From NCBI RefSeq assembly GCF_009914755.1, contig NC_060925.1: a DNA stretch of 64,000 nt, one strand, 5' to 3'. Positions 21,031-35,929 of this stretch are shown one piece after another (position 1 is the stretch's first letter; each line of letters starts with the position of its first letter). This DNA is from the human T2T-CHM13v2.0 reference genome, Homo sapiens. Under the pieces are notes generated by a model. That model was not told the DNA's origin, made no database searches, and saw only the letters and a program-made list of their open reading frames with translations. The translations under genes were made by a program, and so were the position numbers.

Positions 21031-21832
21031 AATCCATGACCAGACTGCTTCCCTGGAATCTGGGGAACATTTCAATAATTAACACTATTCCTTCTCAAAC
21101 TCTTCCAAAAAATAGGAGGGAACACTTCCTAACTCACTCCTATAAGGCCAATATTGCCCTCATACCAAAATCTGACAAAGTTATCCCAAGAAAACTACCA
21201 ACAAATATCCCTTATGAATTAAACCAAAAAAGTCTTTTTTTTCTCTAAAGACATGCCATCTAGATCCCTTCAACCTCCTATCCCAAGCTGAACTGATTAC
21301 TCTTCAGACCTCCTGTACAGCCCTATCCTTGAATCTCCCTTCATAATCATCCTAGAAATTCTCTTCACTCTTCTCCTGTAATGCATCCTACTTTCTGGAT
21401 CCCCCCTCTTTTTAGTTAACCCATCACTTTGATGGAGCCTGTGCCTTCTAGTAAGTTCCTGATATAGTACTTTTGAAGTAAATATTCTAACAACCTCATG
21501 TTTCATATTTTTAGCCTCCTCCCACACTTGATAGCTTGGTAAGGTATAGAATGAATAGTTTGGAAATAACTTTCCTTCAGGATTTTGAATGTATTATTCC
21601 ATTACTGATTACTTTCCAATGCTACCTATTTCTAATCCCTTCTTTGTGCTCCATTCCTGAAAGCTTTCTTGATCTTCCCTTTATTTCTGGTGTCTGAAAT
21701 TTCACCATGATGTATCTTGATGTGGTTCTTTTTTTTCAGTCACCATGTTGAGCATTCATGAGCCCTTTCACTGTGGAAATTCACATTTCTTGTTCAATTA
21801 TTCTTAATTTCTTCCATTTTCTCCCATTTTGT

Positions 21833-22117
21833 TTTTTTTTTTTTTTTTTTTTTTTTTTGAGACAGTGTCTCGCTCTGTTGCACAGGCTGGAGCACAGTAG
21901 CGCCACCTCGGCTCACTGCAACCTCCACCTCCCAGGTTCAAGCGATTTGCTGGGATTACGGGTGCATACCAACATGCCCTGCTAATTTCTGTATTTTTAG
22001 CAGAGACAGGGTTTTACCATGTTGGCCAGGCTGTTCTTGAATTCCTGACCTCAGGTGATCCGCCCACCTCGACCACCCAAAGTGCTGGGATTACAGGCGT
22101 GAGCCACTGCGCCCAGC
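21833..22117 (-). mobile_element. Alu (AluS-like) with small internal deletion, within minus-strand L1M-like sequence
   Basis: Poly-T then reverse Alu; ggttcaagcgatt joined directly to tgctgggattac. Confidence 0.92.
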
Positions 22118-23560
22118 AAATTCTTACTTTTCATATGTTGAACGTGCATGCAAGTGTGATCCTCTAGTTTTCTTATTTTCTCCCACTTTACAACTCTTTT
22201 TGTCCTCCTCCGTGGGAGTTTTCTCAACTTTATCTTCCAACCCTCTAAGAATTTAATATTCTGAATTTCCAACTCTTCTATGAAGTGTTTCATATTCTAA
22301 ATTTCTAGAAGCTCTTGTTTTCTGGGCACTGCTTTTTCATAGCATCCTTTCTTGTTTCAAAGATGCAATACCTTTACTTCTGAAGAAATCAGTTAACTTT
22401 TTACAAAAACTTGTCTTCTTCTTGAAGTATTTCCATTTCCCTCTTCTCTTTCATATTAAGGTTATCCTCAAATGTTTGGTGATCCTTAATCTCATATTTA
22501 AGATTGAGGCACTTAAAAGTTGCCTAGGGATTCTGTCTTAATGAGTAGACATACTGTAGGATTATCAATCTGGGCCACATCTGTTATCAGTTAGATATTT
22601 TTCCTGATCTCAGCAGTTTGCTGTCACAGGATGAATCTTTTAATCTCACAGCTAGATGGGGCAAGAACTTGTCAGCCAGTATTCTCAGAACTGGGAGGGA
22701 AAAAGAGACTGGGAATAACTCTCAGATCAACATGCAGATTTTTATTTAATTCTCCCTGTTTTCCAGTATGATGCCCTTAACCTGAACTATGCCTACTGTT
22801 CTCAAGTACAGAGATCCTCAGGTTGAATGTCAAAGAAGAAAACTTGGATGAGGCAAGAGATCCATTCCTGAAACCATGAGTGTTGCTTACTTGTTATACA
22901 GACTTTTAGACAATTCCTTCAGAGGTCCCTGCAGCCACCAATTCCTGAAGCATTCCAGGGCCCTATAGCACCAGTTCTAGACTAATTCTAGGCCTTCTCC
23001 ACTGACAGCAGAAGGTTCAGCTTTCTCTCATCTACAAACAAATGGAGGTAGGGCTATTCCCAAGAACTCTGGAGCCATACACAGGAATAAAAAAGCAACT
23101 ACTTAAGCAAGCAATTCAGAGCAGCGTTTTCAGAAAAGCTTCCTATACCACTAGTTCATCAGGATAATCAGAAAACAGTTGATAGTTCTGCTGTCATTCC
23201 TTCTCACCCATACTATCATACAGAAACCCCATTTTTCAGAGATGTAGATGAAATCTCTAGGTCCCAGTGATAGTAGGGAGCAACCCACTGTATTTTGCTT
23301 TAGCTGATCTGCCTCATCAGATAACTTGGACAAAGTCAAATATACCTCCCGGTTTTACCACATTCCCAAAAACCTCACTATTAACGTCTTTACTTGCTGC
23401 AGTTAAATGGTAATAATCGCACAGATGAAGGTGATACATGAATAACCAAGGTTGAAAAGCACAGTAGAAAGACAAAAAATTGACAGCAGGAATAACAGAA
23501 GGCTGTGTACCCAAAGCTGGAAAGGACTTCATCAGTACTGACCATCAGAATTAAAAGAAA

Positions 23561-23700
23561 AGGCTGGTCTCAGCAGCTCACACCTGTAATCACAGCACTT
23601 TGGGAGGCCAAAAGGACTGCTTGAGCCCAAGAGTTCAAGACCAGCCTGGGCAACAAAGTGCGACCCCATCTCTACAAAATAATAATCATAATAGAAAGAA
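23561..23700 (+). mobile_element. Alu left monomer (FLAM-like)
   Basis: gctcacacctgtaatcacagcactttgggaggcc...ccccatctctacaaaa; no right arm. Confidence 0.85.
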
Positions 23701-24792
23701 AAGAACGGCTTATGAGAGCTTGGGCAATACCTGTTGGAAAGGAGCGAAGGGGAAAGACTTAGTGCCAGCAGAGAACTACTACATACTAAATCCTAAAAGC
23801 TTAATATTTCCAAGTTAAGCCTATATTAACTGTGAGAATGTTTAAAATGTAAATGTTATACTAAAACGTGGTATCTTAAAACTCTAAAACTATTAGTTCC
23901 CAAGCTTCTGTTCTATTTCCTAACTCTTAAAAAAAAAGAGGATTTAAAAAACTGTATTACTTCTATTTTTCCTGTTTTTCTAATTCTTCTATTTTAAAAA
24001 TGACCTTTACCCATAATAAACCATAAGGTACACTCAATTTAGGAATTATTAAAAACTCTACATTTTAAGAACATTATTTTCCTATAAAAGCAGAGTATTC
24101 CCAAATGTTCCTAAATTTTAAAACAAGTATCTATTTAAAAACAAATATAAATATGTAGTCCACATTGTTAATTTTTATTATTTCCTGTTTTCCTGCCAGC
24201 TCCAATACAAATTATAATGTCTCTTAAGCCATGGCTAAAATACAGAATTTTAACTCAAAATTCAGCATACAAGTACAAGCTCTTCTTACCAGTTACCTTA
24301 AATATTTTTTACTTAGGAAAACACCATTATAGCATAACTTTATTGGTTTTCAAAGTAAACTTAACAGAAAAAAAAGGCCAAGCCAGTTTTTTTAAGAAAA
24401 AGGCATACCTCAATTAGTGCTAGTAAGTCATATGCAAACTCTATCTCCATTTATTTTGAATACCAGAAGATAGTAAAATTCTTTCATTCTTATTTTAGCT
24501 CTGCACTACAAACTGAGGAGCCACAATATTTGATTTGACTTATTTAAAACTATGCATCCTTACTCTTAATATACCCTTCCCACTCACAAAGATAATAATC
24601 ACCAACTGGCCTTCCTCACTTCAATCTCCCTCCAATCACGCTGTATCTGGCTGCTAATCATATTTCTTCATGTAATTCTATTCAATGATCTTCAGTAGAA
24701 CTCCTTATTTCCAATTTCTAATCCAAACTTCTTTAGATCCCTCCAGCTCATGCCACAATCTTATTACTTTTTATTATATGCATTTAAAATAG

Positions 24793-25209
<417 letters not shown>

Positions 25210-26885
25210 TAAAAAATTATTTTTGTCAAAAAGCTTTATTAATCTTATTACAGATCATTCATTTTATTTTGTCAGCTCAGTAATTTAAATGTTTCATAGT
25301 TAAGTACTCTTCAAGCTATATCTTAGATCATGAGCTCTTTGGAGCTTCTATGGAGTAGAAGCCATATCTGTGCTCTATGTATATGCAACCCTACCCCTAG
25401 TGGAGCATTAGCTGAATTTTGTATGACAACTAACCCAGTTAAATAAAAGTTATGAAAATTGGGGGAAATACAACCAGACAAACAAGACTTTTCTGAATAC
25501 AAAAAAACTGAAATCTCCCAAAACTAAATTCAAACATAACATTCATTTTTGTCAAAACAACATGTAAACATAGAACACAAACTTGAGTGTATTTTTTTCT
25601 ACATAGTCAGTTCTGAAAACTATAATTAAGAACATTCTAATTGTTTTATGTTAGTGATTTTCTAAATCTAGCCCCCAAAAGCTGTTATGTGTAAAGTCTC
25701 AATATTTTGGAGATAATAATCATATACTTTTTTCAATGTCTAATTTAACCAATTTGCTTTAGCCTTCTATACTTCACAAAAGCTACAATAAGAAAAGTTG
25801 ACAGGTGAGATTTTATTATTTCTTCAAGACAAATACTGAAATCCCTGGAGCAAGAGTATATTAAATGAACTTATTACAAATTCCAAAAGACAAAACTTCT
25901 TTATATAGAGTAAATATTTTCATTTATAAACTCGAGCATTCACAATCCAAATGTTAATGAGAAAGTCTTTTCATACCCATTTCTGCGCAATTTACATATT
26001 CATTCTTCAAAACCAGATATACTAGAATGTGAAGATATATTTTTTATTATATACGTTTAACAACATTATAATACCCATTTCAGAAAAAATTCTTTATCTG
26101 CAAAGCACCAATTTAATACTGCTATACTACAATAAGGTTTCTACTGCTCAGTATTTACGAAAAATAATGCTACAACTATTAATTCCATTTGGGGGAAAAA
26201 AACTGATTCAAGCACTAAAAGTAAAAATCATGATCAACAATTCTATTTCAGTTTTCCATTTATAAAGTCTCCTACATGGGCTTTAACCATTCACACTTGT
26301 AAGCAACTGTCCATAAGGTAACATTCTAGTTATATTCTACTTTTCTGTTGAACAGGTAGATGCCTACCTATAAAAAAAAAGTACACCTATTTATTCCTAC
26401 CTCTAAAATTACAATCAGAAATACCCAAATACCTTAATAAGCAACCTAAAATGCCTAATAGCTAACTGACATAATGCCTGGAAGCTACCATCAAAGAGGC
26501 TCCAAAAACCATCTATATAAGGAGGCAATCCACAACTTCCTCCACCTACTTCCTGGCTATATGCCTAGAGAATACTGTAATGACAGCAAGCCAGGCAACT
26601 ATGTTATCGGTGGAGGCAAATTCAAATCTCTGCATTCTAAACAAAATATCAAGTCATAAAACTAACCTCTAAAGGATTACTATTAATGAACACTAAGAAG
26701 CACCTCTCTGATTTTGTCACTGGGGGGAAAAAAGGGCCATAGTACCAAATATCACCTGATTTACCTCCCAATTCATAACAATGCCAAACAAGGACAGAAG
26801 AAAAGAGAGATGGATTCAAGCATCAATTCTCACTACCCTTGGGAGGGAGGACAAATATGCCATAAGAAGTTTAGAAACAAAAACT

Positions 26886-27122
26886 CCAGCCCGGGCAACA
26901 TGGTAAAACCCTATCTCTACTACCGAAAGAAAAAAAAAAAAAATCAGCCAGGCATGATGGCATGCACCTGTAGTTCCAGGTACTCAGGAAGCTGAAGGAG
27001 GAGGATCGCTTGAGCCTGGGAGGTGAAGGCTGCAGTGAGCTGAGATTGCGCCAATGCACTCCAGCTAGGGTGACAGACTGAGACCCTGTCTCAAAAGAAA
27101 AAAAAAGGAAGGAAAAGAAAAA
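26886..27122 (+). mobile_element. 5'-truncated Alu (AluJ-like) in an L1ME-like 3' fragment (26860-27460)
   Basis: Starts at ccagcccgggcaacatgg; flanked by agaaacaa..aaact; L1ME-like ttaagatttgtgcacttcactgtatgttatacct at ~27423-27456. Confidence 0.85.
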
Positions 27123-27667
27123 GAAACAAGCAAAAACTAATTTATGGTGATAGAGGTTAGAGGTTAAAATAGTGGTTACTTCTGTAGGGAGAAATTAATA
27201 GGAGGGAGCACAAGGCACCTTTAATCAGTGAAGAAAAATATTCTACATCTCTATCTGGGTATTTCATTTAAAATAGGCTCTAATCACGGAAAATGCTTGC
27301 ATTCCACAATTCTCATGTCTGTGCTTTTTTTACATCCTCTTCTCCCCAGGTGTAACCCAGTACCTCCCACTACCTGGGAGTTACCTAGGTATACTTATAT
27401 GTATAAATTCACTGAGTTGTACTTAAGATTTGTGCACTTCACTGTATGTTATACCTAAAAAAAATACTTAAAAACAAGTAACCAATTAATAGCTAAATCT
27501 AAAAACCTTTTCTCAATTCTCATCCTTCTTTATCAATCTCCATCATATTGTTAATCACAGAACATCAATATTCCCTAAATGAAACACTTTCCCTTTTGAA
27601 GATCGACTAGGCTTTGTTAGGATGTTTTTTCCAGCATTTTCTGTAGTGTCATATTAATTCTCTCTAA

Positions 27668-28018
<351 letters not shown>

Positions 28019-28057
28019 TGAGACACGAATTAGGCACCCTCCAATATATATTTCCAA

Positions 28058-28101
<44 letters not shown>

Positions 28102-28123
28102 ACACACACACACATATACACAC
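28058..28123. repeat. (TC)n(CA)n microsatellite
   Basis: Direct reading. Confidence 0.95.
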
Positions 28124-28317
28124 CCAAACCAAATTCCCTAAACTGGATTCAAGCCACTCTATTACCTGGTATCAAACTGTATTTGCTGTTTTAATTCCTA
28201 TCACTTCTTTATGGGAATATTCTTCTCAAGCATTTTCTGTTCTCAGCTATCCTTTACGGTTCAGTTCAATTTCTATGTTATTCTTTCCCTATACCCCATA
28301 GGACTTACTATCTGTAA

Positions 28318-28618
28318 TTGCACTGTCCAATACAGTAACTTCATGTGGCTACTGAATACCTGAACTCTGGCTAGTCTGAATTGAGATGTGCTTTAAGTAT
28401 GTAATACTAACAGATTTTGAAGACTTAACATGGTTAAAAAAAGAAAAAATGTAAAATAGTTCAATCATGTTTATATGATGAAATAATAGTATTTAGATAC
28501 TGGGTTAAATAAAAATCCATTAATAAAATTTCACCTATTTATTTTATTTTTTGATGTGGCTATAGAAAATCTAAAATTGCATTTGTGGCTCAACTTATAT
28601 TTCTATTGGGCAGTGCTG
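28318..28618. mobile_element. MER33/MER3-like hAT-Charlie non-autonomous DNA transposon
   Basis: Terminal inverted repeats gcactgtccaata ... tattgggcagtgc; internal catgtggctactga. Confidence 0.75.
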
Positions 28619-28659
28619 ACCTATACAATCTATTTATAAATGCCCACAAATTACCTTTT

Positions 28660-28866
28660 TCTTCTTCTTCTTCTTAAACTGATAAATACAAATTGTATAT
28701 ATTTATGGTGTACAACACATTTTGAAATACATATAAATTATGCAATGGTTAAATCTAGCTAATTAACACATGCATTACCTCACATAGTTATATTTTGTGG
28801 TGTGAACACTTAAAATGTACTCTCCTAGCAACTTTCAAGTATGCAATATTAACTATAGTTACTATG
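28660..28866 (-). mobile_element. Short L1MA 3'-end insertion
   Basis: aattgtatatatttatggtgtacaac...catgcattacctcacatagtta; TSD cccacaaatta on both sides (28643, 28868). Confidence 0.8.
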
Positions 28867-30887
28867 CCCCACAAATTATCTCTTAACATATAATGTCATC
28901 TTCCCGATGAGTGCCAGAATTCAACATTAAGCTTTTTTCTTTTATGAATTAAATATTATATTAGGAATTACTAATAGTAATTAAGTGCCATTTAATTTTA
29001 ATATCCCTTTAAGATTTTTAACAAGGAAGTGTAAGGCATTTCAAAGTGTTCAAATATTAAAAAAAAGTTGTTTTCAGATAGCTATAAATTATACAATTTT
29101 TCATCTATATTTTACTTATATACAATTCTAAGTCAAATGTCCCACCAGCAAGGATAGATAGCATGATTAAACCTGTAGCAATCCAAATCCCATAAAGTAT
29201 TAGTTCTGATTAAGCCTGATTTTTTTCATCTTAGTCACTCAGTAAAGGGCAGCATCCATTTTGGTCAACATCATTGTACCAATGTCCAGCAGCCAAGACA
29301 AAGAGCCTTTATATGGTGGTATGAATAGACAATGAGAGCAATACGACACCACTTGAAATAAGGGGGGGGAGAAAAATGTTTTTATAATGCTAAGTTTTAA
29401 AACTAGGAGATGAAACTTACAAATTGTGTAACAACTAGGTAAAAGGATATATATGTAAGAAGAACAGGAAGGTAGAACAGAAAGGTCTCCTCTCTAGACC
29501 TTCTCAAGATATACCTAGGTTCAAACTTGGCTACTCCATTATTAAGTGGATGTGTTTCCTCACATGTAAAGTGGGAATATATACATCACAGGATTATTAA
29601 AAGAATATAGTAGATGCTTAATTAACGTCATCTGTCTTTAATACTAATAATTATATAATGGTAATAAGATTATGGGTGACTTCCCCTCCCTCACTTTCCA
29701 AATTGCTGTATTTTTCAAGCATAAATGAAAAACTTACAATTTCATACTAGTACCCCTCCTCAAATGAACCTAAAATTATTTTTACTAGCTGTCTTTGACA
29801 AATTTGCTTATAAGCTTAAAATCCGTGTTTGTGCTAGGAGGAGGTTGGTGGTAGAAAGAAAATTAAAGAGGGGGAACTAATAACTTTAACACCATACCAG
29901 CACAGACATATACAAAACAAAGTGTGGAGAGGAAAAGAGCAAAAGGAAATGCTGTTTGGGAAATTCCCAACTCAGACTATCCAATGAAAAGATTATATTC
30001 CACCCGCCTCAATCTAGCTACCTACCAGCCACTCCTCACTCTCATCTTGGGTTTATACGTACATTACAAATACGCATAGCCACTCACCTTCTTCTCTCTA
30101 CTAATAGTCACCACATGGCCTCACAGTCAAAAATTGAAAGGAGAGTGAAGAAATTCAGCATGTTATAACAAAGACAAACCAATGCACTGGCTGGGAAATA
30201 ACTTCATTAAAATGTACTCATTCCCAAGTGTATCTACTCATCTGCTGACAGTGCTGGGAATGCATTCCTGAAATATTTAACCTGGTTATAAGATTCTGCT
30301 GCTAGAATCAGAGAAGGCACACTTTGATGCCTACCTCTCACTTCCTCTATAACAACCTTGTCTTTATCGGCATGGCTTAAAATGGGACATTAGCAAAAGT
30401 ATACAACTGCAAATCACTCACAGGTGAAAATCTCAAGTTAATGTAGAAAGAATAATTAAACAATGGTAATAATAACTATTATTACTCTAACAGGTAACAC
30501 TTACTTTACTCAGCATTGTATGCCAGAAAGCTAAGGACTTTACATGAATTATGTAATATCAACCCTAAACCTCTTTGAAGATGGTAATTACTAATTCCAC
30601 TTGCCTAGTGCTCACACAGCTAAATCTGAACCCTGTCAATTTTACTTCAAGGCTTACACTTTCAAACTTTATCATATCCTGCCTCTTTATATATGCATAA
30701 TTACAATTGCAATTGTGATTCTATGTGTGTGTGTGTCTGTGTGTAAAGTATTTAGTGAGTCAGTAGCAAACAAAAGGCAATTAATTCCAACTCTGTGAAG
30801 CCTTTTACCCACCTTCACAAACCAACAATAAATTGGGAATTACCCCTCTCCTCCCCAATAAATGGTGCTCTGAAAGTACTAGTTTTA

Positions 30888-31237
30888 CAGTCATACATCA
30901 CTTAAGCATGGATGTACATTCTGAGAGATGCATTCTTAGGCAATTTGGTCACTGTGCAAACATCACAAAGTGTACTCAAACAAACCTAGATGGTAGAGCC
31001 TACTTACACACCTAGGCTACTTGGTATAGCCTATTGTTCCTAGGCTACAACATGCTCCTGTAAAGCATGTTATTGTACTGAATACCACACACAACTGTAA
31101 CATAACTGTTTAGTATTTGTGTATCTAAACATAGAACATAAAATACAGTAAAAATACAGTATTACAATCTTATGGGACCACCATCGTAAATGCAGTCCAC
31201 TATTGACCAAAGAACATCATTATGCTGCACATGACTG
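30888..31237. mobile_element. Tigger3a-like TcMar DNA transposon
   Basis: TA-flanked TIRs cagtcat...atgactg; 350 bp; aacctagatggtagagcctac and cttatgggaccacc motifs. Confidence 0.85.
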
Positions 31238-31451
31238 TATTTAATATCTTCCTCAAGAAACTAATGAAAGAGATACTTTTAAGTAAAATATTAATCTTTT
31301 CAAAAAATTAGATAAAATAATTGATAGACTACAGGTAAACATGCTTTGTAAAGTGTAAAGAATTTTAATCAACACTTTATTAGGTATTTTTAATTTTCAG
31401 TTGTCTATTTGGCTCAAAATATACTTACGTTTCTAGAGTTTGAACAAAGTC

Positions 31452-31745
31452 TTTTTTATTTGAGACAGGGTCTCACTCTGTCACCCAGGCTAGAGTGCAG
31501 TGGCACGGCATCTCTGCTCACTGAAGCCTCTGCCTCCTGGGTTCAAGTGATTCTCCTGCCTCGGCCTCCCAAGTAGCTGGGACTACAGGCACGTGCCACC
31601 ATGCCCAGCTAATTTTTGTATTTTTGGTAGAGACAGGGTTTCATCATGTTGACCAGGCTGGTCTCAAACTCCTGACCTCAAGTGATCCACCCACCTTGGC
31701 CTCCCAAAGTGCTGGGATTACAGGTGTGAGCCTCCACACCCGGCC
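31452..31745 (-). mobile_element. Alu (AluS-like)
   Basis: Complete reverse Alu. Confidence 0.93.
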
Positions 31746-32291
31746 TATATAAAGTATTTTAAAAGCTGTATTTTCAACTTAAAAAAAAGATACACATACC
31801 AAAAGGCTTAACACATAAAATCTGCCTTCATCACTCTAACCCAGCTTCAATTCTACCAAAATCTAGGCTAACAGAATTAAGCTTCAAGGAACAAATCATT
31901 TATCTTTATTTTTACTTACAAAATCTCAGTTCAAAGGATTCCAAATGAAATGGGAAGACCACAGCTAGCAGACAGAAGAGGTAGGGCCAAGATTAGTAGG
32001 AGAGGGGAAAGAAAATCTCCCAGAAACGCTAATCTTAATCCAGTCTCACTTTCTCCCAACCAAGAGAAGTGTGCACTGCTGCTACTTCTGCCCTGGCAGG
32101 CTCCTCCTCCTCTTACTCTTGAAATCCTCTGCTTTTTTCCTCCTGGAAAGTTACTCTCACAGGGCTGTTTTTCTTCCTAACATCTCTCAATTGTCAAAGG
32201 ATTTCTTATCTTGAAATTAAAAGAATAAAAATATACTAACTTTCCATAATCACATAAGAGTTCCCAGGAAGTTCAAAAAGGATAGTAACTA

Positions 32292-32657
<366 letters not shown>

Positions 32658-34182
32658 CTAAGGCCTTAGAGACAAGAAAACACCTTTTTCATGGGAACTT
32701 CCTCTCCCTGAAGAAAGACAGAATTTAATTTAGAGTCTTACTACCCTCTGGGTCTCCTGTGATCTTCATGTTTGTTTCTTAAGGGGAAGAGGAGAAATCT
32801 TTTAGCCAACCAGCAGGGTGAGCTAGTGCTAGCATCAGTTCCATGATTCTCAAATCTCCCAAAACTCAATGGTGTAAACGGCTTGCACTATTAACAGCAG
32901 CTATTTATTTCCCTCTAATAAACCTGAATCAAAAACACCACTTCTAGAACTGCTTCAGTCAATGCTATACCTGACAACTTTACTCAATATTTACAGATTC
33001 TCCATATACGAAATAGACATTCTCTCTACCAGAAAGATTAATAAGTGTAAATAAAAGCTCATTTGAATATGTATCCATAGTATTACAGTATCCACTCTTC
33101 ATTCTCGTTTTATTTTACAAGGTTACTAATTTAAAACATTTAGAAAACAGTTTAAAAAATGGTTAAAACAAGTGCTCTATAAAATCAGGGTTAGATAACT
33201 CAACATGCCAATTTCTCCATTTGCTGCAAGCTACAATTGTCTTAAGACCTGACTGAAAAGCCTTCCCAAGAATAAGATTCACTTTTCCTTCCAGAATCAC
33301 ATCCTGAGAAAATGGTCTAAATAAGTAACACTAAAAAACAATATTTAGGATGACAGAAAAAAAATGGACCTGACCTTTCTCTAGATTGCAGATATCCCAC
33401 CACTTCTATTCTCTTTGAAACTTTCTTTTCTCCTCCTGCTACCCATTAACAGTCTCAATTCAACCAAAACACTCTTATAACTTGAATGACAAACTAAAAC
33501 TGGAAAATGTTTAAGGTTGGCAGGTGACAGACCACTTTATAACTACAAATAACCTGAAAGTGACTCTAATTTTCACAAAATGAAAGTGTAAGTAAATCCA
33601 CTCACATAATGTTGAAAATTATAAAACAGCTTATCAACTAACAAAAATCAGTAATTTAAAAGCACCTTATATGACCCATAAAAACTTTTAAAACCTTAAA
33701 ACAATTTAACTTTTTGCTAAATCTGACATTCAAAGAAGTTAAAAATCACTATAGGGTTCCACCATAAATGACTGTCACTACTTGTTCAATTTCCTAACAG
33801 ACCTTAGAGGTACCACTCAGTAGAAGTAGTAGTCTTAAAAAGTTGTTTTAAAGAAAGGGAACATTCTGAGTGGCACATTCGTTTATCCAACCAAAACACT
33901 ATTACAAAATGAAAGACACCATTATTTTCAGCATTGATCTCATTTCTTTTCCTACATAATAACTGGCAATAACAGCAGTTATTTCAAACTTTCAAAGAAA
34001 TTTATCAAGTCCCTGGTTGTTGTTTTTTAATTTTTCAATTTCTGGGTCAAGACTGCATTTGGAAAACCTTAAAATTCAAAAGCAACATTGCTCTGAAACT
34101 ATCTGATATTTCTGTATTTTGTACCTGATTTTGTTTCACTGAAAGTCACTTTAAAAACCAAGTTAACCACAGAATATGAAAG

Positions 34183-34477
<295 letters not shown>

Positions 34478-35929
34478 AATATGAAAGTTTTTAACTTATT
34501 GTCACAGAAGTTCTCATGAACCTAACAATATTTAATTAACAAGTATTCTCAATAACATTCCCTTGTTTTTTTAACCATTAGTTGTAGATATTCACCTTCT
34601 CATCCCAGCAATATGACAAATACAAACAGCAATGGGTAGAGGCTGAAAGGCAATTTTCCATTATGCCACTAACTTAATCATCTCTGGTCCTCAATATATT
34701 GTAAAAGAGGAGGGTAAGAGCAGTTGTTCTTTGATATTGCTTCCACTGTAAAACTTTATGATCCAGGAATACATTTGCTAATGTTAATGCATCTCCTATT
34801 CATTAATACAAGACTGTTCTGTATTAGAAGCTAAAAAAAGAGAAAATATATATCTGAAAAGAACAAGGAAATGAAAGTTAACTAATGTTGAAAAATTCAA
34901 ATTTCAGTTTGAACACAGAGATCTACACAGTGATCTAATGTGTTTAAATATCCCTCCAACCAAGGAATTCTGTTAATTGCCAACACAAAACATTAGGTGT
35001 TTCAAAATTTTGTACTTCATGAGTTAATACCAACACAAAGTATGATATAATTGCAGTATAACTTTAATTTGTTAGAAATTGTAAGACTTTTAAAAGCAAT
35101 ACATACCACTGCATTAATACTAATCAAGCTTTATGCTTCACCAATTAAAATGTCTAAGCTAGATTATAGCCTTATTATAAAAACGAGGTTTTTCTTAGCA
35201 AGCCTACCAAAATGCAATATTACTGCCATCAAGTTCCCTAGATACTTACACATGCAACTGAAGGCAAACAGCCAGGTTTCCTTTCTTTGAGAAACTTTAG
35301 TTGTCTATTTTTTGAAATGTTTTCCTTCTCATGGGACCAAAAAATGTTTACAACTAAAGCAAACTACTGCAGGGAGGGAATACACAATTAAAACAAATCT
35401 ACCATCCAGATGCAACAAGCGTGGAATTAGTCAGGACTGGACAGGATAGTCGGCGGTGTTGTGATACTTCTGTTGAAATTATTAACAAGACAAGACCATC
35501 ATTCGCCCCCAATTATGTTTATCCCCTCGTTGAGTTTGATGATCACACAAAATCTGAAGTCTAAATATAAACGTTTTTATATTCAAAGTCAATATTCAAG
35601 AAAACTTTTCCACTAATGTTGCTAAACCATAGATGGATCCCAACAAGAGTTGTCTGTAGAAGTCTCGTAACAAGTAACCTTTAGCTCCACCACCTAAGTT
35701 TCCAATCACTGAGAAGAGTCTGGGACAACTCATCTTCAGGTTCACGGGAGAAGTGGAGCACACCTGCTTTCCTCTGGCAGAGTAACTTCCCAGGGACACA
35801 AAGGCCAGAGAATCAGACCTGGAGAGGCAAAAAGCTTTAGCTGGACACCCACCAAGCCCCTGGCAACCCAAACACTTCGAGCGATTTACCTCTTGCTGTT
35901 ACTTCCCAGGCACCTAGCCGCATAAGATC